A DNA stretch of 64,000 bases from positions 64,001 through 128,000 of the forward strand of contig CAWJZV010000023.1 in the NCBI GenBank assembly GCA_963847445.1, given 5' to 3'. The position numbers were made by a program, and so were the translations under genes. Positions 55,491 to 64,000 of the stretch are shown here, piece by piece (within the stretch, counting starts at the first letter, position 1; each line of letters begins with the position of its first letter). Below the pieces are notes generated by a model, which saw only the letters and a program-made list of their open reading frames with translations, was not told the DNA's origin and ran no database searches. The stretch is from an uncultured delta proteobacterium (lineage in GTDB: Bacteria > Desulfobacterota > Binatia > UBA9968).

Positions 55491-55942
55491 TATGATTCTC
55501 CAAATGGGTGGGCCTTCCAAAGCTGGTAGGCCACCGTCCTAAGGTTTCATCACGCAATTCAATTCATGAGCTTAACCTATGCCAACGGGGAGGAACTGCT
55601 GTCCAATAGTAGACAGCTTTACGAATAATTATCGTGAGCTTTGAGCGACGCGAGAAAGCAGAAACCGCCAGGATTGAAGTGTTTCTCCATCAGATCGATT
55701 TAGATCGATTGGCTTTGTCGGTGGGGTTAGCGCAGCGCATTCCCCACCGAAGGGAGTGATCTTGAAATTGCATGAAGCAGGCCACGGCCTGAGCCCTTCT
55801 CCTTTTTCGATCGTTCACCTCAGCGACCATCGACCCCCGCCGTTTAGGATGGACGGGCCAGCGGAAAATTTATATAGATGGGGCGGAAACGCAATATGGC
55901 ACCACACGGGGCACGCACGTTCGTGCGAAATCGAGGTGAGGC

Positions 55943-57184
55943 GTGATCACGAGTCTGACGCATGTCGCCGTCGCGACGGTGGCGTTGCTGGTTCTCGTTT
56001 GGATCCTGGGGCGCGTCAAAGCTTGGCTGCTCAGGCGGTTGGAACGGATTGCTTTCCCGCCCGATACATTGCTGCCGGGACTGGCGACGGATTTTCACCC
56101 GCATATCGTGCAGGCGGAAAAATCCATCATCGGTCTACTGTGGACCGCGACGATCATTGCTCTGCTCTATTTGTGGCTTGTCTACTCCCTCGGGCAATTT
56201 TCCCAAACCGCTTCTTGGGCCGAGCAACTCCAAGGGTTCCTGTTCGCGCTATTCTGGAACTTCGCCAAGGGCGCGCTCGGGGCGGTGCCTGGGCTTGTCG
56301 CCGTCGTGATCGTTTTTCTGATCGCGCGCTGGGTTGTGCGCTTGATCAGGATTGTCTTCGATAAGGTCGAATCGGGCGGGCTCTCACTGCCCTGGTTAGA
56401 GCGCGACACCGCGCGAACCACACAGACCCTGTTCATTATGATCGTATGGCTCTTCGCGTTGGTCGCCGCTTACCCTTACATCCCGGGGTCGGAAACCGAC
56501 GCGTTCAAAGGCTTGAGCGTGCTCATCGGACTCATGGTCACACTCGGCTCGACCGGTATCATCAATCAGATCATCAGCGGCCTCTTTGTCGTCTATTCCA
56601 AAAGCGTCAGAGCCACGGATTACGTGCGCGTCGGCGACGTCGAGGGGGAAGTCCTGGACGTGGGATTTTTGGCGACCAAGTTGCGCACAGCCAGGCAGGA
56701 AGAGATCACCATTCCGCATTCGGTTCTGGTCGGGACAGCGACGACGAATTACAGCAGCCTGGCCGGCGACAATGGCATGGCCGTCACCACTGCCGTAACG
56801 ATCGGCTACGACGTTCCCTGGCGCCAAGTTCATGCGCTTTTGCAGTTGGGAGCGGCGCGCACCGGTGGCCTTCGCCGGGATCCCCCGCCGCGGGTCATGC
56901 AGCGAGAGCTTTCCGACTTTTACGTGCAGTACCTGTTGCTGGCGCACCTCGAAGAGGGCAAGAACCGCGCCGCAGTTCTATCTGATTTGCATGCGCAAAT
57001 TCAGGACGCCTTCAATGAATTCGGCACGCAGATCATGTCGCCGCACTTCGAGTCACAGCCGGAAAAGCCGGTTTTTGTGCCAAAGTCCGAGTGGCACGCC
57101 GCTCCCGCCGGGCCACCGGATTCGCCCGCGGGTCCTGTGGGTTCTCAACAAGAGGCGAAAAAGACCGTGTCGCCGGAAGGGTAG
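55943..57184 (+). CDS. MscS family mechanosensitive channel
   Basis: YPYIPGSETDAFKG, GDVEGEV, TIGYDVPWRQV, IQDAFNEFGTQIMSPH. Confidence 0.9.
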   Translation: MITSLTHVAVATVALLVLVWILGRVKAWLLRRLERIAFPPDTLLPGLATDFHPHIVQAEKSIIGLLWTATIIALLYLWLVYSLGQFSQTASWAEQLQGFLFALFWNFAKGALGAVPGLVAVVIVFLIARWVVRLIRIVFDKVESGGLSLPWLERDTARTTQTLFIMIVWLFALVAAYPYIPGSETDAFKGLSVLIGLMVTLGSTGIINQIISGLFVVYSKSVRATDYVRVGDVEGEVLDVGFLATKLRTARQEEITIPHSVLVGTATTNYSSLAGDNGMAVTTAVTIGYDVPWRQVHALLQLGAARTGGLRRDPPPRVMQRELSDFYVQYLLLAHLEEGKNRAAVLSDLHAQIQDAFNEFGTQIMSPHFESQPEKPVFVPKSEWHAAPAGPPDSPAGPVGSQQEAKKTVSPEG

Positions 57185-57352
57185 AAGTTGGAATTTGTTC
57201 CTTAAACATTTATTCGATCAATGAGTGGTACGTAAATTGTTTAGATTGCGAGGCCTGGCCCAACAGCTGCTCGAAGCTCACCTGGCGGTCGAAGCTGGCA
57301 CCAAGCTTGGCACTGTTATCGTCGACTGCACACGTTGAGCAGGGTCGGATTC
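57181..57352 (+). pseudogene. Internally deleted duplicate of 53940-55065 (upstream region plus last codons of the quinone reductase)
   Basis: 57271-57352 closely matches 54984-55065; 57181-57260 aligns loosely with 53940-54020 (GTAGAAGTTGGA, CGATC, TTTAGATTG). Confidence 0.75.
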
Positions 57353-57568
57353 AGACTTTGCCGATCGGTAAAGCGCAGCGTAACCCGAGCTACGGGACTT
57401 TCTTGCCAATCAGCGGGCTTAGGACTGAATTCATTTTTCGACGACCGAATCCTATAAGATTTGTCTGTAGCGACCTACAGGTCAATGCTGCGGAGTGCAA
57501 GTGTGCTGTGCAGGTATGTTGGTAATCTACTGACCAGGTATATTGGAATAACCGCGGATGAAAACTGA

Positions 57569-57658
57569 TTGACAAGTTGTTGATCGAAAAGATAAGAGTC
57601 TGGACACGGTAGGTTTGGGATTCCCTAATATACTGGTCATTATAATCAACGGTTAGGC
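57569..57658 (+). promoter_or_regulatory. Putative integron Pc promoter and attI-like site
   Basis: TTGACA at 57569; AT-rich CCCTAATATACTGGTCATTATAATCAACG followed by GTTAGGC (57652-57658), exactly complementary to the GCCTAAC of the downstream attC. Confidence 0.55.
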
Positions 57659-57692
57659 TTACTCTCGCAAGTGACTACGGAGGATAGTACGA

Positions 57693-58477
57693 ATGCCGCG
57701 TGTCGCTGCCCTGTTTCGTTACCCTGTGAAGGGCTTCACTCCCGAAGAGTGCGAAACGTTGACGGTTCTCGACGAAGGGAAAATTGCCGGCGACCGTGTC
57801 CTCGGCATACGGTTTGCTGACACCGAAGCGGCCGATGATGCCTGGAGCAAGAAAACGGGAATGGTGGCCCTTGAAGACAGCGGGCAGGCACGTCTGCACA
57901 TTCGGTTTGAGGAAGAGGCGCTTCGGTTACGCATCAGCTTAGCCAGCACCGTCTTGGTGGATGAGGTGCTTAACAATGACGGTAGAAAGCGGATCGCCGC
58001 TGCAGTGGCGGATTATGCGCTCAAGCTCGATGAGAATCCGCTTTCCGGCCACCCGGAGCGGCTCCCGCTACGAGTCATTGGCAACGGCATCACACCGCGA
58101 TACAGGACGAGAGAATGGCCAGGTGCGCTCCAGGACGCGGGAGTCTCCATGCGCTTGCGGCTACGTTTAGGGACGCCGAAGTCAGCGAGCTTCGTTTTCG
58201 CTCCAACATCGCGGTAGATAGGCTGGGTGCTTGGGAGGAGCAAAGCTGGGTGGGGCGAAAGGTTCGCATAGGCACGGTTGAGTTTGACGTGGTCAAGCCG
58301 AAGCTCAGGTGCCTTGCTACGCATGCAAACCCTAAGACAGGTGAACGGGACCTGCCGATTCTGACGACGCTGACCAGGGTTTTTGGGCACGAGCAGCCAA
58401 CGTTTGCAGTGACAATGTTTCCTAGTCACGGCGGCGGACGAATTCACGCCGGCGATGAAGTCAGCCTTGTTGATTAA
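57693..58477 (+). CDS. MOSC domain protein (cassette 1; frameshift or deletion near 58105)
   Basis: LFRYPVKG, GDR, RFRSNI, RCLAT; RBS GGAGG. Confidence 0.8.
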
Positions 58478-58541
58478 AAACAGGTCAAGGCCAGATCGGT
58501 GAAACTAAAGGTTTGTGCCAGGTTTCTATCAGTGCATTTTT

Positions 58542-58599
58542 GCCTAACCATTCGCTTCAGACCGATCGCCAATAGCGACGGCTGAGTTTGGCGTTGGGC
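58542..58599 (+). mobile_element. Integron attC site (58 bp)
   Basis: R'' GCCTAAC, 5-nt spacer, GCT(T)CAG(A)CCG(A)TCGC pairing with GCGACGGCTGAGT with three extrahelical bases, R' GTTGGGC. Confidence 0.85.
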
Positions 58600-58607
58600 T
58601 CTGGTGT

Positions 58608-58910
58608 ATGAATACGAGAATCAGGGACTTCACGCGGTTACTCAGAGAGGCGTTTGCTGAAGCAAGGGCCGCCGGCTTTGAAAATGCGGCAAACGATCTG
58701 GAGCATGTTGCCGTCGCGGCGTTCACCGCATCGTCGGAAAGGCTTCAGGAACACGGTCTCGCCATCAAGCACTTCTTGAAGGTTACTCACGACACCTTGC
58801 CACGCTCAACCAAGGCGAAGCTGAAGGCATGTCTGACGGAGACCGAGCTGGCAAGCACCGGCTGGCGGAGGCTTATGGCACTTCTGAAAAGGAGTCATGC
58901 ACTTAGCTGA
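58608..58910 (+). CDS. Hypothetical protein (cassette 2)
   Basis: ATG 8 bp after the attC; 100 aa, helical; followed by a degenerate attC. Confidence 0.65.
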   Translation: MNTRIRDFTRLLREAFAEARAAGFENAANDLEHVAVAAFTASSERLQEHGLAIKHFLKVTHDTLPRSTKAKLKACLTETELASTGWRRLMALLKRSHALS

Positions 58911-58954
58911 ATGTTCAAACGCTTGCCGCGACAACGTCATTGGCGCCATCGCGG

Positions 58955-59044
58955 GCCTCACAAGATGTTGCCAGGAACGCGCAACAGCGGTCGCCTGTGT
59001 TCTGGCATCGTCCCCCGCCGCGCCGCCGAACGTGAACGTTAGCA
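58955..59044 (+). mobile_element. Degenerate attC site
   Basis: GCCTCAC-AAG-ATGTTGC...GCGCCGCCGAACGT-GAAC-GTTAGCA. Confidence 0.5.
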
Positions 59045-59062
59045 CTGCGTGGCGCCGGTGGT

Positions 59063-60019
59063 TTAACGAAACCGCGGCAGAAGTTCCGTGCTGATCAGCT
59101 CCAAGCTCTCTTCGAAGCGATCGTATTGCAGTCGTAGGTCGAAAACCAAATGCTCGACGCCTCGCCCGCGGTACTTTTCGATCTCGGCGGCGCAGTCATC
59201 GGGGTTGCCGACGATCAACAAACCTTCCAGGTCTTCGATGGTTTGAAACTTTCCCGACGGCGGTTTGATCCAGTGGCTGCTTCCTTCCGAACTCTCGGCG
59301 AGGGCGGCGACGTCGACGCTGTCGCGCGCTTTCCTACGATCCTTCTCGATACGGGTGATGGGAATATTGCCGAGAATAATTTTCCGATCGGTGATCTGCC
59401 GCAAATATTTTACCCGGTCGTCGAAAGTCGCCAGCGGCACGCGGCCGGGAATCCAACCGTCGCAATACTCGGCCACTCGTCGGATCGCGGCGCGCGTGCT
59501 GCCGCCGCCGAAGATCGGGATGGGTTCAACCGGCTTGGGTTCGATGGTGACATGATCGAACGAAAACACCTTGCCCTTATAGGACACGTTATCTTCGTTC
59601 CAGATCAAGCGCGCGATCTCGACGGTCTCGCGCATGATGTCTACGCGATCCTCAAGGCGCATGCCGACCGTGGCGAGTTCCTCGGGATTGAATCCCAAAC
59701 CGATTCCGGCGATCACCCGGCCGCCCGCAAGATACGAGAGACTGGCGAGGTCTTGGCTGAGTTTGAGCGGCCAGCGCACTGGCACCAGCACCGCGGTGCC
59801 TAAGGTTATTTTTCTCGTCACGGCGGCGACCGCCGAAAGCGTAACGAAGGGTTCGACGAACCTTAAGCCGGCCCGCTCCATGCCGTGCGGGTTCCAGATC
59901 AAGTGATCGCGCACCCAGATGGAATCAAATCCCAATTCCTCGCACAGCTTACCGCCGTCGATGATGCGTGACGGTGAAGCGGTTTTGCCGAAGTGCGGCA
60001 ATAACACGCCAAATTGCAT
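59063..60019 (-). CDS. LLM class (luciferase-like) flavin/F420-dependent oxidoreductase
   Basis: GFDSIWVRDH, EPFVTLSAVAAVT, LGTAVL, PKPV..PIF.GG, CDGWIP. Confidence 0.9.
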   Translation of the reverse strand: MQFGVLLPHFGKTASPSRIIDGGKLCEELGFDSIWVRDHLIWNPHGMERAGLRFVEPFVTLSAVAAVTRKITLGTAVLVPVRWPLKLSQDLASLSYLAGGRVIAGIGLGFNPEELATVGMRLEDRVDIMRETVEIARLIWNEDNVSYKGKVFSFDHVTIEPKPVEPIPIFGGGSTRAAIRRVAEYCDGWIPGRVPLATFDDRVKYLRQITDRKIILGNIPITRIEKDRRKARDSVDVAALAESSEGSSHWIKPPSGKFQTIEDLEGLLIVGNPDDCAAEIEKYRGRGVEHLVFDLRLQYDRFEESLELISTELLPRFR

Positions 60020-60040
60020 TTTCACGACCCCGTTAGTCAC

Positions 60041-60427
60041 TTAACGCGGTTCATTCTCCGAGTCATCGACGATGTGAAAATCCTCTCCGGCCGGAGCGTA
60101 GATCTCCAGCACGCGGGCAATCTTGTCGCCACAATTGCCGGCCTGGTGGCGTACGCCAGGCGGGATGAAGGCCACCTCGCCGGGGCCGAGGCGATACTTT
60201 TTCCCCTCGACGATCGCCTCGACGTTGCCTTCCAGGACGACGTAAATATTTTCCGCTTTAGCGTGATAGTGCGTCGGGCCGGGGCCCGAATCGACGTTGA
60301 TCAGATTGATATGCACGTCGACGTTCTTTGCGCCGTCGGCTTCGTCCACCAGACGGAGCGCTTTGCCACGGTCCCAGCGCATCAGCCTAATCGGCGCATC
60401 TTCGATTCGCATCACCTTTAAGGGCAT
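60041..60427 (-). CDS. Cupin domain protein
   Basis: HYHAKAENIYVVLEG, FIPPGVRH. Confidence 0.88.
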   Translation of the reverse strand: MPLKVMRIEDAPIRLMRWDRGKALRLVDEADGAKNVDVHINLINVDSGPGPTHYHAKAENIYVVLEGNVEAIVEGKKYRLGPGEVAFIPPGVRHQAGNCGDKIARVLEIYAPAGEDFHIVDDSENEPR

Positions 60428-60547
60428 GAGTTCACCTCCAATTGTTTTTTGAGCAGTAATGGGAAACCCCCACCTTGTCAAGTTGGCCGCGCTCATTGGT
60501 TCAACTTTCCCGCCCACCGTGATAAGAGCAGGACAAGACGCATCGCC

Positions 60548-61465
60548 ATGAACTTTCCCGAGACCATCAAACTTTTGCAGTTTCGCGCGGCGTACAACTT
60601 GCCGGTGCATGCCGGGGTCGAGAGCGGAATTTTCGCCCACCACGGGCTTGGCGTTGAAGCCGCCTACACGCCGGGCTCGGTGTTTCTTAGCGAAGCGCTG
60701 AGAGCCGGCCGCTGCGATATCGGCCACACGGGCGCCGACGACGTGATCGCCGATGTCGAAAGCGCAGAGGGCTCCGACTTGTTCATCTTCATGGGGCTTC
60801 ATCCGGGTCTTTTCAGTTTGGTCGGCGCGCCGGACTGCCCAAGCGTCAATTCACTGCGCGGCAAATTCATTGGCGTCGATGCCAAAACCAGCGGCCTGGT
60901 CTTAGTGCTGGTAAAATTGCTTCAGGACCGAGGCTTTGCGAGAGACGATTATGAATTGATCGAGGTCGGCGGTTGGCAAGGCCGCTATGAGTCCTTAATG
61001 GACGGTAAAATCAGTGCGACTCTGTTAACCGAGCCTTTCGTCGCGAATTCCCTGAGTGCCGGCGGTCATCTGCTGGCGCGAGATTTCGAGATGATCCCCA
61101 CTTACCAAGGCACCTGCGGGGCGGCGAGCCGGAGTTGGGCAGAGCGAAATCCTGATCGCATGATTCGTTACATCCGCGCCTACGTGGAAGCGACCGAGTG
61201 GTGTTTCGCGAGCGCGAATCGCCTGGCTTGCATCGACATGCTCGCGCGCCACAACGATATTCAGGGAAGCGTAGCCGAACGCACACTCGATGCGCTGCTC
61301 GATCCACGGCACGGCCTGTACCCCAGAGCGGCCGTCAATCTGCCGGGAGTTCTGACCACGATCGAGTTACGAGCCCAACTGGGCTATATGGCCCAACCCG
61401 TTCCGCCGGTGCAGAAGTATGTCGATCTTTTCTATTATCGGAATGCAATGGCGATCGGCGAATGA
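60548..61465 (+). CDS. NitT/TauT-like binding protein without an evident signal peptide
   Basis: GIFAHHGL, LRGKFIGVDAKTSG, EVGG...R...L..GK, ATLL.EP. Confidence 0.8.
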   Translation: MNFPETIKLLQFRAAYNLPVHAGVESGIFAHHGLGVEAAYTPGSVFLSEALRAGRCDIGHTGADDVIADVESAEGSDLFIFMGLHPGLFSLVGAPDCPSVNSLRGKFIGVDAKTSGLVLVLVKLLQDRGFARDDYELIEVGGWQGRYESLMDGKISATLLTEPFVANSLSAGGHLLARDFEMIPTYQGTCGAASRSWAERNPDRMIRYIRAYVEATEWCFASANRLACIDMLARHNDIQGSVAERTLDALLDPRHGLYPRAAVNLPGVLTTIELRAQLGYMAQPVPPVQKYVDLFYYRNAMAIGE

Positions 61466-61714
61466 GAACTATGATGAAGGATCTGCGTTGCAGCTTACTG
61501 GCGTCAGAGCCACGGATTACGTGCGGACGGCGTCAAGTGCGACTAGATGCGATGGACGAAACCGCCGGAGGTACTGATGCGGGCGCATGGGCCGATGCGG
61601 CGGCAGTCGCTACCAGTCAACCAATAACAAGCACATTGGTTAGTGCTATCGAGCCGCGAGTCTGGGGAGGCATTGCCGCTCCAGATCCCCGATCAAAGCA
61701 TTGACTAACCAAGC

Positions 61715-62368
61715 TTAAGACCTGCCACGCACGGCAATGACAGAGAAGGGGATCGACTTACTGTCGAGTCCCACGATGCCGACGGGGAAGTCCACAACCC
61801 ACGAGATATTCGAGTTGAACGCGATAGAAGTAGACGACCAGTAGCTGGACGCAACGAAATTCGAGAACGGATCGCCCTCAATTGCTTGCCCGGTACCCTC
61901 GGCATTCGAAATTGCGGGGTCAAAAAATGCAAAATCTACTAGGCTATAAAGCTCCCGTATGTTCGGCAGTCGCCAGTCCGTTCTATGATCTCCTCTTCTG
62001 CCGCTCGTGTCACCGCAGTTGTTGCTGTTCATCTTGCCAGCCGCAGTTGAGACTTGCAACATCACTGAGGGCTGTTTGCCAGATTCTAGTCGCCCCCGGA
62101 CAATTGGCATTCTTCAACCAGATCAAACCTGTCAGCTTGTCCTTAATCGTCCCGTCTCTTGTTGTCTTTAAAACGCGGTGTCGGCAACTCTACGCCTTTC
62201 TGTAGCGCTCCGTCTTGCCCCGTCCTGCGCAGTCGATCTGGGTTCCTCGGCGTCATAGCTGATCACCTGACCCGTCTGTGGCACAGGTGCCTGAACAGCC
62301 CAAACCGCTCCCGCCCACAACACGCAAAGAAGCACCAGAAGCCCGATTCTTAAATTGCGCATGTCCAT
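61715..62368 (-). CDS. DUF1566 (Lcl C-terminal) secreted protein, frameshifted or decayed
   Basis: Signal peptide then APVPQTGQ; DWRLPNIRELYSL, YWSST, VIAVRG. Confidence 0.8.
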
Positions 62369-62506
62369 TGCTCCTTTCTCTTCCGTTGTATTGATATATT
62401 GATGTTTTCGCCGCATCTTCCCGCGCCGCTACAAACTCTGACTCTCGCTCTAACGGACGATCAATCAAATAAGTGATATTGTCCTCCAGCGTGCATATCT
62501 AGAATG

Positions 62507-62522
62507 CGCAAAGCGTAGGCCA
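62507..62522 (-). promoter_or_regulatory. Possible sigma-54 promoter for the DUF1566 gene
   Basis: Minus strand TGGCCTACGCTTTGCG, GG-N10-GC. Confidence 0.4.
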
Positions 62523-62986
62523 CGACTAACTAGGCGAAAGTCTCTTATTGTGTAGCGGGAACCTCTAAAAATTGTCGCGAGTGCGAAAAATCTCATCGGC
62601 TCTTATTCAGGCATGGGAAAGGGCGACGGTTAGGGTGTGAAACCTTTCCTGATGCCTGAGAGCATCCCTGGAAGTGTGGCGGCAGGGAGAATATCGTTCA
62701 CGGGGCATGCACTTATGGACCCCATCCCAACAGACTAGCAACGGCGCTGCTGGGATCGAACTGATTTCTCTCACAGGTCGATTTAAATCGATTGGTGAAT
62801 TAGGTTAGTACCAGCTCGATCCGAATTGAACTTGACTCCCTGCCACGTTGTGAGAGATATAATTTTACCTTTATCAGAGAAGGTGTGCAGTGATATGCAG
62901 GCTCGCGGCGCGAGTCGAAGTTTCTGGTAACATCGGACAAAGTGCCACTTGCGCAAAATACGCTCAATTAATCATGGAGGTTCCCT

Positions 62987-63436
62987 ATGCCTAAACCATT
63001 CGTCGTCACGCCCGGAAACGCACCGAGCCCGTTAAAGCTGGTGGGCGAGCAAATCACTGTGCTCGCCTCGGGTGCACAGACCGGCAGTTATGAAATCTTC
63101 CTGCAACAGGGGCCCGAAAGCAGCGGCCCGCCGCCGCATAACCATCCTTGGGATGAATCGTTTTATGTCATCAAGGGCGAGATCGCGTTCGGCATTGACG
63201 GCAGCGAGACCACTGCCTTGCCAGGCACGCTCGTGCATCTACCTGCCGGGACCACGCACTGGTTCCGCTTCGGCAAAGGCGGTGGCGAAATGATATCGAT
63301 GACTTCGCGCGAAGGCGCCTCGCTTATGTTCACCGATCTCGATCGCGAGATTTCGCCGGACAAGCCAGATCTAGGGAAACTTGTCGAAGTTGCTCAGCGG
63401 CACGGATTAGCCGTAATTCCTCCGGCTAATAGTTAG
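62987..63436 (+). CDS. Cupin domain protein (quercetinase-like)
   Basis: GPPPHNHPWDESFYVIKG, LPAGTTHWF; RBS GGAGG. Confidence 0.88.
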   Translation: MPKPFVVTPGNAPSPLKLVGEQITVLASGAQTGSYEIFLQQGPESSGPPPHNHPWDESFYVIKGEIAFGIDGSETTALPGTLVHLPAGTTHWFRFGKGGGEMISMTSREGASLMFTDLDREISPDKPDLGKLVEVAQRHGLAVIPPANS

Positions 63437-63515
63437 CTCGTCCGTCGCTGGAGTTGTTTTCGCTGTGGGATTACACCGACTCGTAAGACTGAAAAGTATT
63501 GGGGGGTAGAGTGCC

Positions 63516-64000
63516 ATGCTAAAATTCAGAGTTGTGGCTTTGTCTGTGTTGTTTTTCCAATTGGACCGGGTCCCAACTATGGGCCAACTTCGGTAATGGC
63601 GGCGGCGAAGACCGATCAGAAGGTTAGCGCAGTCGTCGCCCTGCCCGGCGTGCAGGTGGAGACCCTGAATCCTTACGGTCACTCGACCACGCAGGTCTAT
63701 CCGACTTGGAAACATGTCATCGAGCCGCTGATCGAGTGGAATTGGAGCAAGAAACGCATCGTGCCGATTCTCGCCGAGTCGTGGAGCAATCCGGACCCGA
63801 GCACATGGCTGTTCAAGCTGAAGAAGGGCATCAAGTTCCACGACGGCAGCGAGTTTACCTCGGCCGATGTCGTGCACTCTTTGACGCGCATCCAGAAGGA
63901 CCCCGATAGCAAACAGGTCACCTCGATCGCCCACGTCGATGCGATTGAGGCGGTGGATCCTTTAACGGTCCGATTGCACACCAAGAAACCGGATGCCGCG
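63516..64000 (+). CDS. ABC peptide/nickel substrate-binding protein (family 5), 5' part, frameshifted in the signal region
   Basis: ETLNPY, VPILAESW, FKLKKGIKFHDGSEFTSADV. Confidence 0.85.

Noticed and set aside
55570-55576. GTTAAGC (minus strand) before the 55233-55490 ORF as a cassette boundary
   Set aside because: No attC downstream of that gene
57353-57575. Remnant of an integron integrase on the minus strand
   Set aside because: Translations show no tyrosine recombinase motifs; part of the region is a REP-like palindrome

Overview
A 64 kb chromosomal window from a roughly 60% GC bacterium. Gene content (many orphan NitT/TauT-type binding proteins, amidohydrolases, a UbiD, an LLM oxidoreductase, deltaproteobacteria-like housekeeping genes) suggests Candidatus Binatia/Binatota; this is an inference. 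It contains an initiator tRNA, a glyoxylate-shunt operon with a long mycobacterial-ICL2-type isocitrate lyase plus malate synthase G, ftsH, an aspC-coaD-rsmD-iscA-ftsY-smc-HNH-rng block, an ABC/MFS/VOC/DUF1152 block, a long catabolic region and an accessory region from about 55 kb. Many genes, mostly between 15 and 35 kb, carry single-base frameshifts, probably uncorrected long-read errors. The most unusual signals are non-coding. (1) Intergenic DNA is built from nested mini-elements: 9-nt-periodic hairpins that carry site-specific insertions, including two identical 154-bp copies 36 kb apart, with empty sites that can be reconstructed. (2) An integrase-less integron remnant (attI-like site, two cassettes, one textbook attC). 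(3) NrdR-like and DnaA boxes upstream of smc. No CRISPR array, rRNA or transposase gene is present.
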